Of a stretch of DNA of 64,000 bases, positions 46,544-55,473 are shown in pieces; position 1 is the stretch's first letter; each line of letters starts with the position of its first letter. The notes under the pieces were generated by a model. The model was not told the origin of the DNA, ran no database searches, and was given only the letters and a program-made list of their open reading frames with translations. Origin of the DNA: Candidatus Kaiserbacteria bacterium (GTDB taxonomy: Bacteria > Patescibacteriota > Minisyncoccia > Phycocordibacterales > UBA2100); the NCBI GenBank assembly GCA_023267655.1, contig JAHFMV010000002.1:7228-71227 (forward strand). The letters run 5' to 3'. Both the position numbers and the translations under genes were made by a program.

Positions 46544-46549
46544 CTGCAA
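45542..46549 (-). CDS. IS30-family DDE transposase; the likely start is MAHTHIGKEDW, near 46504.
   Basis: An N-terminal HTH, plus the catalytic motifs DNGxEF and NTNGLLRQYFPK. Confidence 0.8.
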   Translation of the reverse strand: MQANCNPPRGIHSAKMAHTHIGKEDWSCIARMLRAGHSLSEIARTIGKDKSSLGRHVKDYGGRNGYDVREVRRRKHMKRVDAMQGIRVIRGSLLRFMTKELKLHKSPEQIAGVLRKRGGSLVASTIYRYLKERAPHLKQYLRSSKGKYRRKRGTKIREKAREQGKKRRIDERPAIVQKRGRIGDWEGDTLMGRDKRVRIVSFVDRRSGYLIAFVLPKMRSRLLTSLALEHFRHIPKKKRRIFTLDNGIEFSDWERLEKKTGMTVYFAYPYHAWERGTNENTNGLLRQYFPKTLDFNLITPAELAHIVRRLNDRQRKRLGFVSPRRVFWRRRTGCN

Positions 46550-46677
46550 ACTTCGGTGCAGTTAGCGTGCGAATTCACCGGAGAAAGTTTGACTATTTAC
46601 CGCAGATATGTTATATACATTCCTAGAAGCAGATTTCTAGCTTCTGATGTTTTTCTGTTGACCCAGGAGATCACACG

Positions 46678-47067
46678 ATGAACAGCAAGTCTGGTGTATA
46701 TGTACCACATGAAGATAAGGCTCAGGCCGACAAGGCTTCCGATAAGCCCAACTTTTCGGGTGCGTCACCCCGTTTCATCTTGCAGCAAGAGGCTGGCGCA
46801 CAGCGTGCTGTTGCCGAAAGCGAGAAGTGGCTGATTGCTCGAAAAACGAATCCTCGAGGCGACAGTCGACAAGCATTGGAGAAGCTCGGCTTTACGGTCA
46901 AGGGCGAACACGACGACCTCTTCTACGAGGTTGAACCGCCCGCAGGATGGACAAAGTCGACAAGCGGTTACTGGACAACTGTCTGCGATGAGACCAGCGT
47001 CGAACGCTTCAATCAGTTCTTCAAAGGCGCGTTCTACGACCGCGACGCATTCGCCAATATTGGATGA
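46678..47067 (+). CDS. Hypothetical protein.
   Basis: 129-aa ORF. Confidence 0.4.
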   Translation: MNSKSGVYVPHEDKAQADKASDKPNFSGASPRFILQQEAGAQRAVAESEKWLIARKTNPRGDSRQALEKLGFTVKGEHDDLFYEVEPPAGWTKSTSGYWTTVCDETSVERFNQFFKGAFYDRDAFANIG

Positions 47068-47245
47068 CACGACCAAATGGTCATATAGGAGCCGCTCTTG
47101 TTCAGGGTGGCTCCTTCTATATAAGAATTGTTCCAATTTCGTCCAAAGCTGCGAGCCATCAGAATCACGTTTGGTTGTATGGGTATTTTAGACACCCGCG
47201 TTGGACATCAGAACTGTTTGCTATATTTTCATATAAAAAGTAATC

Positions 47246-48028
47246 TTGTACTGGGGGGAAAAGGTTCAACATCAGCACGAAAGGACGAAGACGATGCACC
47301 CCATCACCGCTTTGGCTAAGAAGAACTTCTCTAATCTTGGAACCAATCCGTATCCTGGCAGAGGTATTGTCGCTGGCCTCGACCAGAGCGGCGAATACTT
47401 GGTCCAGATCTACTGGATCATGGGTCGAAGCGGAAACAGCAGAAATCGCGTCTTCAGGGCCGATGACGACACGGGCCGACTCTATACCGAAGCGGCAGAT
47501 GCATCGAAAGTGCGCGATCCGTCGCTCATCATCTACAACGCGATGCTTGAAAGGACACCGCATTTTATCGTCAGCAACGGCAACCAGACGGACATAGTTG
47601 CTGAGGCTTCCGCTCCGCTTCTTCTGAATGTCGCCCTAGGCGGGGCTGCATACGAACCAGACGAACCGAACTTTACTCAGCGAATCACTGCTGTAAGTTC
47701 GCTCAGCAAGGGCCGACCGTATATTCAAATGTCGATTCTGCGAAAATCTATGCTTGATGACGTATACGATCGGGCTCTGTTTATGTACGTGCCGTATCCC
47801 GGTTTTGGGCGTTGTATCACAACGTACGCAGGTGATGGCGATCCCCTGCCGCCGTTCTATGGTGACCCGCTGCTTATGCCGCTTAGCGGTGGAATGAAAG
47901 AGATTGCACACGCCTATTGGGCCGCGCTAAACGAAGAAAATCGAGTGTCGCTTGCCGTGAAGTTCATCGAGACCGGCAACGGACGATCGGATGTTTACGT
48001 GATCAACAAGTATGCGCAGATTGGATAG
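47246..48028 (+). CDS. PurO-like (archaeal-type IMP cyclohydrolase family) protein; the likely start is MHPITALAK at 47294.
   Basis: NPYPGRGIVAGLDQSGEYLVQIYWIMGRS resembles the N-terminus of PurO (IMP_cyclohyd). Confidence 0.45.
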   Translation: MYWGEKVQHQHERTKTMHPITALAKKNFSNLGTNPYPGRGIVAGLDQSGEYLVQIYWIMGRSGNSRNRVFRADDDTGRLYTEAADASKVRDPSLIIYNAMLERTPHFIVSNGNQTDIVAEASAPLLLNVALGGAAYEPDEPNFTQRITAVSSLSKGRPYIQMSILRKSMLDDVYDRALFMYVPYPGFGRCITTYAGDGDPLPPFYGDPLLMPLSGGMKEIAHAYWAALNEENRVSLAVKFIETGNGRSDVYVINKYAQIG

Positions 48029-48190
48029 AAGATCTTTGACAATGTCTTCGAGGCCGCATGGTTCGTCCAGCGGCCTCTTTTTATGCGAGAGCAAAATAGT
48101 ACCTTACCCGAAAGAATTAAAAGACTGGTTGTTGTCTCAATAAAATAATGGTATAAGTCTGGCAGTCCGTCTCACGGCGACTGTTCAGTA

Positions 48191-48559
48191 ATGACAGAGG
48201 AAGAGGAGATACACGTGGCTACGGAAGAGAAGGCTACCCTGTATTGCTCGTTCTGCGCAAGGTCGCAGCACGAGGTAAAGAAACTCATCGCAGGACCGAC
48301 GGGGTCCATCTGCGGTGAGTGCACGATCCTATGTCTCGACATCCTGGTCGAGGAAAACTTCCACGACAGAAAGGACATTTCAAGAGAGCAACAGGTGCTC
48401 ATGCGCGAGAAGCGTGTAAATGAGTTGATAACGCTACTCGAAGCTATTATTGCAACAGAGGAAGCACGGAGCCGCCCGTACCTTGCGCTTAAAAAGAAAA
48501 TGTACGAGTTCAAACTCTTGCACGGGCCACTAGAAAAGCAAAAACCTGCTCAACAATGA
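48191..48559 (+). CDS. Stand-alone ClpX-type C4 zinc-finger domain protein.
   Basis: [36 protein letters not shown] matches the ClpX N-terminal zinc-binding domain. No AAA+ module follows. Confidence 0.55.
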   Translation: MTEEEEIHVATEEKATLYCSFCARSQHEVKKLIAGPTGSICGECTILCLDILVEENFHDRKDISREQQVLMREKRVNELITLLEAIIATEEARSRPYLALKKKMYEFKLLHGPLEKQKPAQQ

Positions 48560-48641
48560 GCGTTCGCCATCCGACCGCCGCGGTCTTCCCCAGACCCGGC
48601 GGTTCTTTTATTGCAACCGGCGGGTCTGCTAAAATACCAGC

Positions 48642-48887
48642 ATGACTGCCATAGCATCTGGCACCGTCCACAAACTCCCGGACGATTTTCGGAAGGCAAT
48701 TACAGGGACGCCGAAGGTGCTCGCACTCTGGCAGGACATCACACCGCTTGCGCGCAATGAATGGATCTGCTGGGTCACGAGCGGCGTCAAGGCAGAAACG
48801 CGCGGAATCCGCATCGGGAAAGCCATCTCAAAAATGAAAGGCGGCATGCGCCGGCCGTGCTGCTGGGCGGGGTGCGCACACAGATAA
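48642..48887 (+). CDS. YdeI/OmpD-associated family protein.
   Basis: P.DFRKAI...LALW..ITPLARNEWICWVTSGVKAETRGIRI matches the YdeI pattern. Confidence 0.45.
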   Translation: MTAIASGTVHKLPDDFRKAITGTPKVLALWQDITPLARNEWICWVTSGVKAETRGIRIGKAISKMKGGMRRPCCWAGCAHR

Positions 48888-48928
48888 GAAGCGCCCGGAC
48901 CATGCGGTCCGGGCGTCATGCTTTCAGT

Positions 48929-50101
48929 TCATTTTGCGGCTTTCTGACCCCGCTGCATTAGCGCAAGCACTTCGGCTGACGTCCTGTGCTTCTTGTCGCG
49001 AATGGCACCGAGTGTTCGCAGGATGCTGAGAAACACGTCGCCTCCTGCTTTTATCTCTTTCATTGCGGCATCAACTTCTTCATGAGTAGAATTCGCGTAT
49101 AACCTTTCGAGCTCTTGTGACGGCCATAATGCGACTTGCGACTCAACAACCTGTCGAACAAATGTCGAGAGAATATCCTTTCGTCTGGCGGGTTGGTGCT
49201 TCTCTGCACTTTCCGAGTCGTGCCTCGATGCGCCCCTTTTCTTCACGACAAAGATGAGTGACTTCGTGCGGAAAAACTCCGCTGCACACACCGCATTCAA
49301 TCGCTTCTTTCGCATTACAGCGACGAGCAATTTTTGTTCAGCAAACCGGCGTTCATCATCATTCAGTGCATCGTACGACTCGTGACCCGTTGCACCGATA
49401 GGATCGACTATCGACACAAACTTCGAAGATAATTCATCGAGCTCCTGCGCTGTTGGCACCTTTAACCCACCAAGGATTCCCCCAGCGGTTATCGAAAGAA
49501 CGCGCTTTTCGGCCTTATCCTTGATAAGCAATCTGTGGAGATCGGGATGGAGACGTGTTAGGTGTATACGACCGTGAACCTGTTGCTCGTTAATTCCCCA
49601 TGCACTTCTAATTTGACGATACGTAGCGCCAGTGCTCCGAAGACGTACAAACTCGAAACCCTGCTCGAGCTCGTTCAGATCATCCCGTCCTGCATTGAGG
49701 AGTCCAGCTTCGGTTCGATACGCATTTTCGTTTGGATAGATTGCAATCCGCACCGGTACTGCACCAAGCTTCGCGCGGAGTGCATTGCGTCTGCGACGAT
49801 GTCCGCTGACGACCAGATGAAAGAGCCCTTCGTGCTCTTTTGCAACACGTGCCCAGGGAGCGAGCGTGCGAGGCGTAATAACAAGATAATCCAGAACGCC
49901 TTTCTCTGAAATACTTTGAAAATTTACATCAAGCTTGCCCGGATCCATGTCTTTGCGCGGTTGGTCCAGGTCGGGCGCCAGAAGCGCTGGATCAAGATAG
50001 CCAGTCGCACCGTGCACGGTCCACCATGACTCTTCTGTGTCACAAACAGTAACCCTCTTGTCATCAGGAAGCACGACAGTTCGCTTGATGAGCTTCAGCA
50101 T
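48929..50101 (-). CDS. ParB/sulfiredoxin-fold (ParB-like nuclease domain) protein.
   Basis: HLVVSGHRRRRNAL resembles the ParB box GERRxRA. The C-terminal half is helical. Confidence 0.5.
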   Translation of the reverse strand: MLKLIKRTVVLPDDKRVTVCDTEESWWTVHGATGYLDPALLAPDLDQPRKDMDPGKLDVNFQSISEKGVLDYLVITPRTLAPWARVAKEHEGLFHLVVSGHRRRRNALRAKLGAVPVRIAIYPNENAYRTEAGLLNAGRDDLNELEQGFEFVRLRSTGATYRQIRSAWGINEQQVHGRIHLTRLHPDLHRLLIKDKAEKRVLSITAGGILGGLKVPTAQELDELSSKFVSIVDPIGATGHESYDALNDDERRFAEQKLLVAVMRKKRLNAVCAAEFFRTKSLIFVVKKRGASRHDSESAEKHQPARRKDILSTFVRQVVESQVALWPSQELERLYANSTHEEVDAAMKEIKAGGDVFLSILRTLGAIRDKKHRTSAEVLALMQRGQKAAK

Positions 50102-50289
50102 GGTTCTCTCTCCTTCTCTATGGCTACAAGAAACCTGTTAAGAACAGGGCTGCACACAGCATATCGTGAAAATAGACAAAATCCATCTTGAAAGAAAGCG
50201 CTGGAACATTCACCGTGACATGCGGTCCATGCTGCTGGGTCGGCTGTATACATCGATGAAAACGACTGGCTATGGTATACTGAAAATCC

Positions 50290-50520
50290 ATGTCCAACAT
50301 CACTTCAGATAACGCAATACGCTTCGGCACGCCTTGCATCGCGGGAACGCGCATTAGTGTCGCCGACGTCTTGGGATATATTTCGGCTGGCGATTCGCTC
50401 GAGACGATTATCGCCAATTTCCCGGAATTGACCGAGGAAAAAATTCGCGCGGCGCTCAAATATGCTTCGGACGTTTTGGGCTCGACGTCCAGCGCCGTGC
50501 ATGAAATTCCTGCTCGATAA
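50290..50520 (+). CDS. DUF433-family protein (antitoxin-like).
   Basis: GTPCIAGTRISVADVLGYISAGDSLETIIANFPELTEEKIRAALKYA matches the DUF433 consensus. Confidence 0.55.
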   Translation: MSNITSDNAIRFGTPCIAGTRISVADVLGYISAGDSLETIIANFPELTEEKIRAALKYASDVLGSTSSAVHEIPAR

Positions 50521-50821
50521 CCATATCCCGCGGCGGGTGACGGAAGTGCTGGCTGATTCCGCTACTGTGCGCGACGTCCTCTCCGCCGATGCATCCGACA
50601 CGCGTATTTACGAATGGTGCCGTGAGAGCAAAGTCGCGGTTTTTGTTACGAAAGACAAGCAATTCGCCTGGAGAATCGCAGCCGATGGAACTAATCTCAA
50701 GTGCATTTTGTGCATGTATGGCAACATATCTCTGCAAGAAACCGTCGATCTTTTCGCCGCCAACAAATCGCGGATCGAGTATTTCGCGAAATCTCCGCTG
50801 AAAGTCCTCGAGTTGTTGTAA
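50462..50821 (+). CDS. DUF5615-family PIN-like protein (toxin-like); the likely start is MKFLLDNHIP at 50501, overlapping the DUF433 stop.
   Basis: MKFLLDxxLP N-terminus. The two genes are arranged as an overlapping pair. Confidence 0.5.
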   Translation: MLRTFWARRPAPCMKFLLDNHIPRRVTEVLADSATVRDVLSADASDTRIYEWCRESKVAVFVTKDKQFAWRIAADGTNLKCILCMYGNISLQETVDLFAANKSRIEYFAKSPLKVLELL

Positions 50822-50853
50822 CTGCTGCTGTGAACGCAGCAGGACGAGGGGCA

Positions 50854-51063
50854 TCATCCGGTGAGCATCCTTCGCGCAGCAACAAATTCCCGCAACGCGT
50901 CAGCAAGATTTTCTTTTGCCTCGGCTTTTGTTGTTCCTTGGGTATTCACACCCGGGATTTCCTCAACCCACGCAACATACCCAGAGCGTACCTTTTTGTA
51001 TACGGCCGTTAACATATGCGGACAGCATAGCATACGTGATACAATCTCCGCATGATCGCACAC
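50854..51063 (-). CDS. HicB-family antitoxin-like protein; the likely start is MLTAVYKK.
   Basis: YVAWVEEIPGVNTQGTTKAEAKENLADAL matches the UPF0150/HicB core. No HicA partner was seen. Confidence 0.5.
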   Translation of the reverse strand: MCDHAEIVSRMLCCPHMLTAVYKKVRSGYVAWVEEIPGVNTQGTTKAEAKENLADALREFVAARRMLTG

Positions 51064-51447
51064 ACAGGACTTAATGTGACTCGGTACGCGCGTTCGAAGA
51101 AATTTTATGCGCAGTCGCTCAAGCCGCTCGGTTATAGCGTGCGGATGGATTTGCCGAAATGGAAAGCAGCCGGATTTTCAGACGGGAAAAATCTCGATTT
51201 TTGGATCGGAGAAAAGAAACGTGTTACTCCCATTCACGTTGCGTTTGAAGCGAAGAGTAAGAAACTGGTAGATGCGTGGTACAAAGCAGCACTTAAAGCC
51301 GGCGCGAAAGACAATGGCGCTCCCGGATATCGCGCCGATTATTGGGCAGGATATTATGCGGCGTTTGTCTATGATTTCGACGGCAACAATATCGAAGCGG
51401 TGTACTGGAATTACGCGAAAGCAGGAGAAAAGAAACCTAGGAGTTAG
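51052..51447 (+). CDS. VOC (glyoxalase/bleomycin-resistance) family protein.
   Basis: A single VOC-like domain of about 130 aa. Confidence 0.5.
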   Translation: MIAHTGLNVTRYARSKKFYAQSLKPLGYSVRMDLPKWKAAGFSDGKNLDFWIGEKKRVTPIHVAFEAKSKKLVDAWYKAALKAGAKDNGAPGYRADYWAGYYAAFVYDFDGNNIEAVYWNYAKAGEKKPRS

Positions 51448-51548
51448 GTGAAAATCGCGACGGCACATCTTTGTTCGTCGTGGGTTGACAAGAGCTATTT
51501 CAATGCTAAAGTACGTACGGTGCAACGCTAACAACGTTAGAGGTTCTG

Positions 51549-51836
51549 ATGCATGTTTCCCAAGATCAGCTCGCTGCCCTTTTCGCACTCAGCAATGGTT
51601 TTATGGTCGTCGCATTCTGGTATTTGCGAGCGAAGAACTTGGCCGAGACAGTGCGTATTGTCCTCGGCTGCTTGATGTTCGGTTCGATCCTCGCGGCGAC
51701 GACGCTGCTTGGCAAACCGGATTTTTCCCAGATGCAAATCGCTGAGATCATCACGACTGCAAAGTGGTGGACGAGCTTCAGCGAGTTTCTAATCGCCATC
51801 ACTGGCCTTTACGCGTGGACGTTCCCGAAGACGTAG
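51549..51836 (+). CDS. Small membrane protein (hypothetical).
   Basis: 95 aa with three TM helices. An upstream promoter-like element TTGACA-N17-TAAAGT is present. Confidence 0.35.
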   Translation: MHVSQDQLAALFALSNGFMVVAFWYLRAKNLAETVRIVLGCLMFGSILAATTLLGKPDFSQMQIAEIITTAKWWTSFSEFLIAITGLYAWTFPKT

Positions 51837-51902
51837 ACCGCAACTCGGTGTGTACATGTGCCGCCCTTCCAAAAGGCGGCTTTTCTTTTTTGCATTCGCG
51901 TT

Positions 51903-52532
51903 TTACAAATCCTTCAGCGGAAGCTCGCCAGTGTAATCCGACTTGCCGAGTTGGACGCCGTTTTTGCGCAGAATCGCGTAGGCCGTGGTGACGTGGAAGT
52001 AGAAGTTTGGGATAAGGTAGTTCGTCACATACTCGAAGCCTGTCATGGATTTACCACCCCAGTACGTGAGCGTAATCTTCACGCCTTCCTTGCCGATCAC
52101 TTGTTCCGGCTTGATTGTATCGAGAAACGCGACTGTTTTGTCGATGCGGGCTTTCAATTCGGCGACTGTTTTTTCGTTGTCTTCGTATTTCGGCATTTCA
52201 ACTTCCGCGAGACGTGCTGCAGCCCCTTTTGCGTTATCGCAGGCAACCTGAACTTGGCGCACAAACGGAAACTGGTCGGAAATAAGACGGCTCTGCAGAA
52301 GCGCATCTTCCTGCATTCCAGCGGGATGCCAATCGAGCTGCTTCCCTTTTGCGTGCGATGCGAGCTTGTCGAGAATCCCCGAGAGCGCCACGAGTGTCTT
52401 TTTCATCGGCGGAATAGTAACGGTGTACAAATTTGTTTCGTTCATACGATGTTGATGAGTAATTGGTAATGAGATGGATAGTGTACCGCAATTATCCACA
52501 GATGTCGCGCCCAGCCGTCTCGTATGGAGCAT
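51903..52532 (-). CDS. DUF1993-family protein; the likely start is MNETNLYTVTIPP, near 52448.
   Basis: The NLYTVTIPP N-terminus is typical of DUF1993. Confidence 0.45.
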   Translation of the reverse strand: MLHTRRLGATSVDNCGTLSISLPITHQHRMNETNLYTVTIPPMKKTLVALSGILDKLASHAKGKQLDWHPAGMQEDALLQSRLISDQFPFVRQVQVACDNAKGAAARLAEVEMPKYEDNEKTVAELKARIDKTVAFLDTIKPEQVIGKEGVKITLTYWGGKSMTGFEYVTNYLIPNFYFHVTTAYAILRKNGVQLGKSDYTGELPLKDL

Positions 52533-52551
52533 TTAATGCGATGATGTCGGT

Positions 52552-52929
52552 GTGAACAAGAATGCTTTGACAGTTCTTCGCATCGGCCTCGCCGCAGTCT
52601 TTTTGGCGAATGGCCTCACGGCTTTTTTCATGCCGGAAGAGTTTTCTGATCTTTTGTCGGGATCTTTCGTATCGTTACTCATCCCCCTTCCGATTGCAAC
52701 AATGGTGTTTCTCATTGGAGTTCACGATACGTTGATGTGCATTTTGATGCTGTGCAATGTCGCCAAAAAGTACGTGTTCGGCTGGGCAATTATCTGGCTC
52801 ATCGGCGTTATGATCGTCATTGCAGAACCTCTCGATATCTTGGAACACGTAGGATTCCTGACCATGGCGATCGCTCTCTGGATAAATGCGGTTCCGAATT
52901 TCAGAGGAATTGCCTCATTGATGCGATAG
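52552..52929 (+). CDS. DoxX-like small membrane protein.
   Basis: LRIGLAAVFLANGL and four TM helices. Confidence 0.4.
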   Translation: MNKNALTVLRIGLAAVFLANGLTAFFMPEEFSDLLSGSFVSLLIPLPIATMVFLIGVHDTLMCILMLCNVAKKYVFGWAIIWLIGVMIVIAEPLDILEHVGFLTMAIALWINAVPNFRGIASLMR

Positions 52930-53254
52930 TCGAGAATAGTTACCGGCACTAGAAGTGGAAATACCAAACCGGGAACATGCCGGCGAGGACGAGGAATATT
53001 TGAACGGCGAGGATGAAAGATGCTTCTTTCGGCATGCGCGGAAGCCAGGTGAGCGCGAAAATGGGATCAGCAACGCTTCGATGACGAGCCATACTGGAAC
53101 AAATGCGCCGCGACGCCTTCGTCGTGTGCTGGCTCGGATGGAGCGTCAGTAAATATGAGGAAACCCGCGAGCATCGCGATAATGCCGAGTGAGAGCACAA
53201 AAGGAATCCATGCGCTGGGGCGTTTTATGAGAGTAATCATGATCCAACTATACT

Positions 53255-54103
53255 ATGAAATACCCGCGCGCGTTGCACCCTCAAAGCACCACAATGGTCA
53301 AATCGTACGTATCTGCTAGCATGTGGCCTATGCTTGGAACGTCCGTAGCCCGCCAAATGTTGAACAAAGTACCCGAAGTCACGGTCTTCTTTTGGATCAT
53401 CAAAGTCCTCTGCACGACCGTCGGTGAGACTGCCGCGGATTTCTTAAATACGACACTGAACCTCGGCCTCACGGGCACCAGTGTCGTCATCGGCATGCTT
53501 CTCATCGCGGCACTGGTGTACCAATTTTGGACGCGAAAATATGTCCCGTGGATCTATTGGCTTTCAGTGGTCCTCATCAGCATCGTTGGGACGCTCATCA
53601 CCGACAATCTCACGGATAATTTTGGCGTCTCGCTCGAAGCGACCACGATCGTCTTTGCGATTATCCTCGCGATTGTCTTTGCCGTGTGGTACAAAGCCGA
53701 GAAGACGCTCTCGATTCACAGCATTGTAACGACACGGCGCGAAAGCTTTTATTGGCTCGCGATCCTCTTTACCTTTGCACTTGGCACGGCGGCGGGCGAC
53801 CTTGCCTCAGAAAGCCTCAACCTCGGATTCTTTATTTCGGCGCTTATTTTTGCCGGCTGCATCGCGGCAATTACCCTCTCGTATTATCGTTTCGGGCTGA
53901 ATGCAGTGCTTGCCTTCTGGCTCGCCTATATTCTCACACGCCCGCTCGGCGCTTCGATTGGCGATTTGCTTTCGCAATCGCGAGATGACGGTGGCCTCGG
54001 ATTTGGAGCAACCTTCACCAGTATTCTTTTTCTCGCTGCCATTCTTGCGACGGTCATATACCTGACGAGAACCAAAAAGGACGTCGTGGAATTAGAACAG
54101 TGA
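53255..54103 (+). CDS. Polytopic membrane protein with an internal duplication (COG4705-like).
   Basis: Two homologous halves: VFFWIIKVLCTTVGETAADFL and SFYWLAILFTFALGTAAGDLA. Confidence 0.45.
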   Translation: MKYPRALHPQSTTMVKSYVSASMWPMLGTSVARQMLNKVPEVTVFFWIIKVLCTTVGETAADFLNTTLNLGLTGTSVVIGMLLIAALVYQFWTRKYVPWIYWLSVVLISIVGTLITDNLTDNFGVSLEATTIVFAIILAIVFAVWYKAEKTLSIHSIVTTRRESFYWLAILFTFALGTAAGDLASESLNLGFFISALIFAGCIAAITLSYYRFGLNAVLAFWLAYILTRPLGASIGDLLSQSRDDGGLGFGATFTSILFLAAILATVIYLTRTKKDVVELEQ

Positions 54104-54176
54104 TGCGAACCGAGAAATGCTATACTGCCCGTATTATCCCTATTGGCTAGTGGCTAATCACTAGTGGCTATATTAT

Positions 54177-54665
54177 ATGAATCCCGTCGTACATTTTGAA
54201 ATGCCGTTTGAAGACCGCGACCGCGCGGCGAAATTTTATTCGACTGCCTTTGGCTGGAAGCCGCAGATGATGGGACCCGAAATGGGTGAGACGGGGGTGG
54301 GGCCCCGTCGCAAGGCCGGAGGCGCGTCCGGCGCCGAGGCGGGGCCGAGCACTTCGCCAGCAGGCGAAGATGCGTGGCAATATCTCGTCATGCAGACCTC
54401 CGAGACCGATGACAAGGGCATGATCAAGGAAATTGGCCACATTAACGGCGGCATGTTTAAGAAAACGACGGACAATCCTCATCCATCGATCGTGATCTCG
54501 GTGCCCGATATCAAGGCCGCGATGGAAAAAGTGAAAGCTGCGGGCGGAACTGTTTCCTTTACCGAAAACGGCGAACCGATGAATATCCCCGGCATCGGCC
54601 TCTATGTCGGCATTACGGACACCGAAGGCAACCGCGTCTCGATGCTCCAGCCGATGGGGATGTAA
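54177..54665 (+). CDS. VOC/glyoxalase-family protein carrying an in-frame low-complexity insertion encoded by the GC-rich repeat.
   Basis: MNPVVHFEMPFEDRDRAAKFY... is a VOC fold. The insertion GETGVGPRRKAGGASGAEAGPSTSPAGED is encoded by repeat 54291-54352. Confidence 0.55.
   Translation: MNPVVHFEMPFEDRDRAAKFYSTAFGWKPQMMGPEMGETGVGPRRKAGGASGAEAGPSTSPAGEDAWQYLVMQTSETDDKGMIKEIGHINGGMFKKTTDNPHPSIVISVPDIKAAMEKVKAAGGTVSFTENGEPMNIPGIGLYVGITDTEGNRVSMLQPMGM
54291..54352. repeat. Second copy of the 62-bp GC-rich repeat (REP/MITE-like), located inside a CDS.
   Basis: Near-identical to the reverse complement of 10270-10335. Confidence 0.5.
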
Positions 54666-54697
54666 GCTTTCATGAACGATGTCATATCGTATGCTCT

Positions 54698-55369
54698 ATG
54701 ATTGATAAAGATTTTAAGACAGAAACCGGGGAAGCGTTCATGCCGGAACTCGATTCGAAACTCCTCGAACGCGCAGGACTTAGCGCAGCAGAAGTGGCAA
54801 ATATACTAGGCGTCTCGAGACAAGCGATCTACCAAGGATTGTCGAGCGGAAAGCGGTATTTCGGCCTTAGCGAATTAGTTGCAATAGTCAACACAACAAT
54901 TGCGTCAGATTCGCCGCGCATCGATTCGCTCCTTGCTTTCATTGAGGCTAATTATCCTTCACGTGAGTGCAACCTCCTTTTACCTGATCGTGTTTCGCTT
55001 GAGCAACTGACACGCGCCACCGAAGATTGCGAACGTGTGATATTTGGATTCAACGGAAATATTGAGCACATCTCACAAGCCTCATTATTTGTGCGTGCAT
55101 TCACGAAAATGTATACTGAGCATCTTTCAAAAGTATGTATTGTCACCCGACAAACATGGCTGCAAGAATGTCTTACACAACAGTATGGGTTGAGCGAAAA
55201 ATATCCCTGCGTCGTCAGCCAAGAATATCAGAATCCGCTCTCGTTTGTTATTGTTAAAAGCAGTACAAAACCTTCACGAGTGTTTTACTTTGGGCAACGC
55301 GCTCTTGCAGAGGCCGATACGTTCAACGCACATTTATTATCGCTCCAAATCGAACGATTGGTAAAATAG
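54698..55369 (+). CDS. HTH-containing hypothetical regulator.
   Basis: LSAAEVANILGVSRQAIYQ helix-turn-helix near the N-terminus. Confidence 0.4.
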   Translation: MIDKDFKTETGEAFMPELDSKLLERAGLSAAEVANILGVSRQAIYQGLSSGKRYFGLSELVAIVNTTIASDSPRIDSLLAFIEANYPSRECNLLLPDRVSLEQLTRATEDCERVIFGFNGNIEHISQASLFVRAFTKMYTEHLSKVCIVTRQTWLQECLTQQYGLSEKYPCVVSQEYQNPLSFVIVKSSTKPSRVFYFGQRALAEADTFNAHLLSLQIERLVK

Positions 55370-55473
55370 CTACGGTGCCAAGTACGCCTTCCAAATATCT
55401 CCTTTCCAGTGCCACGACATACCCATCGCGCCGAAAACTTTAATGACGATTTCTCTGCGGTATACTTCCCCAC

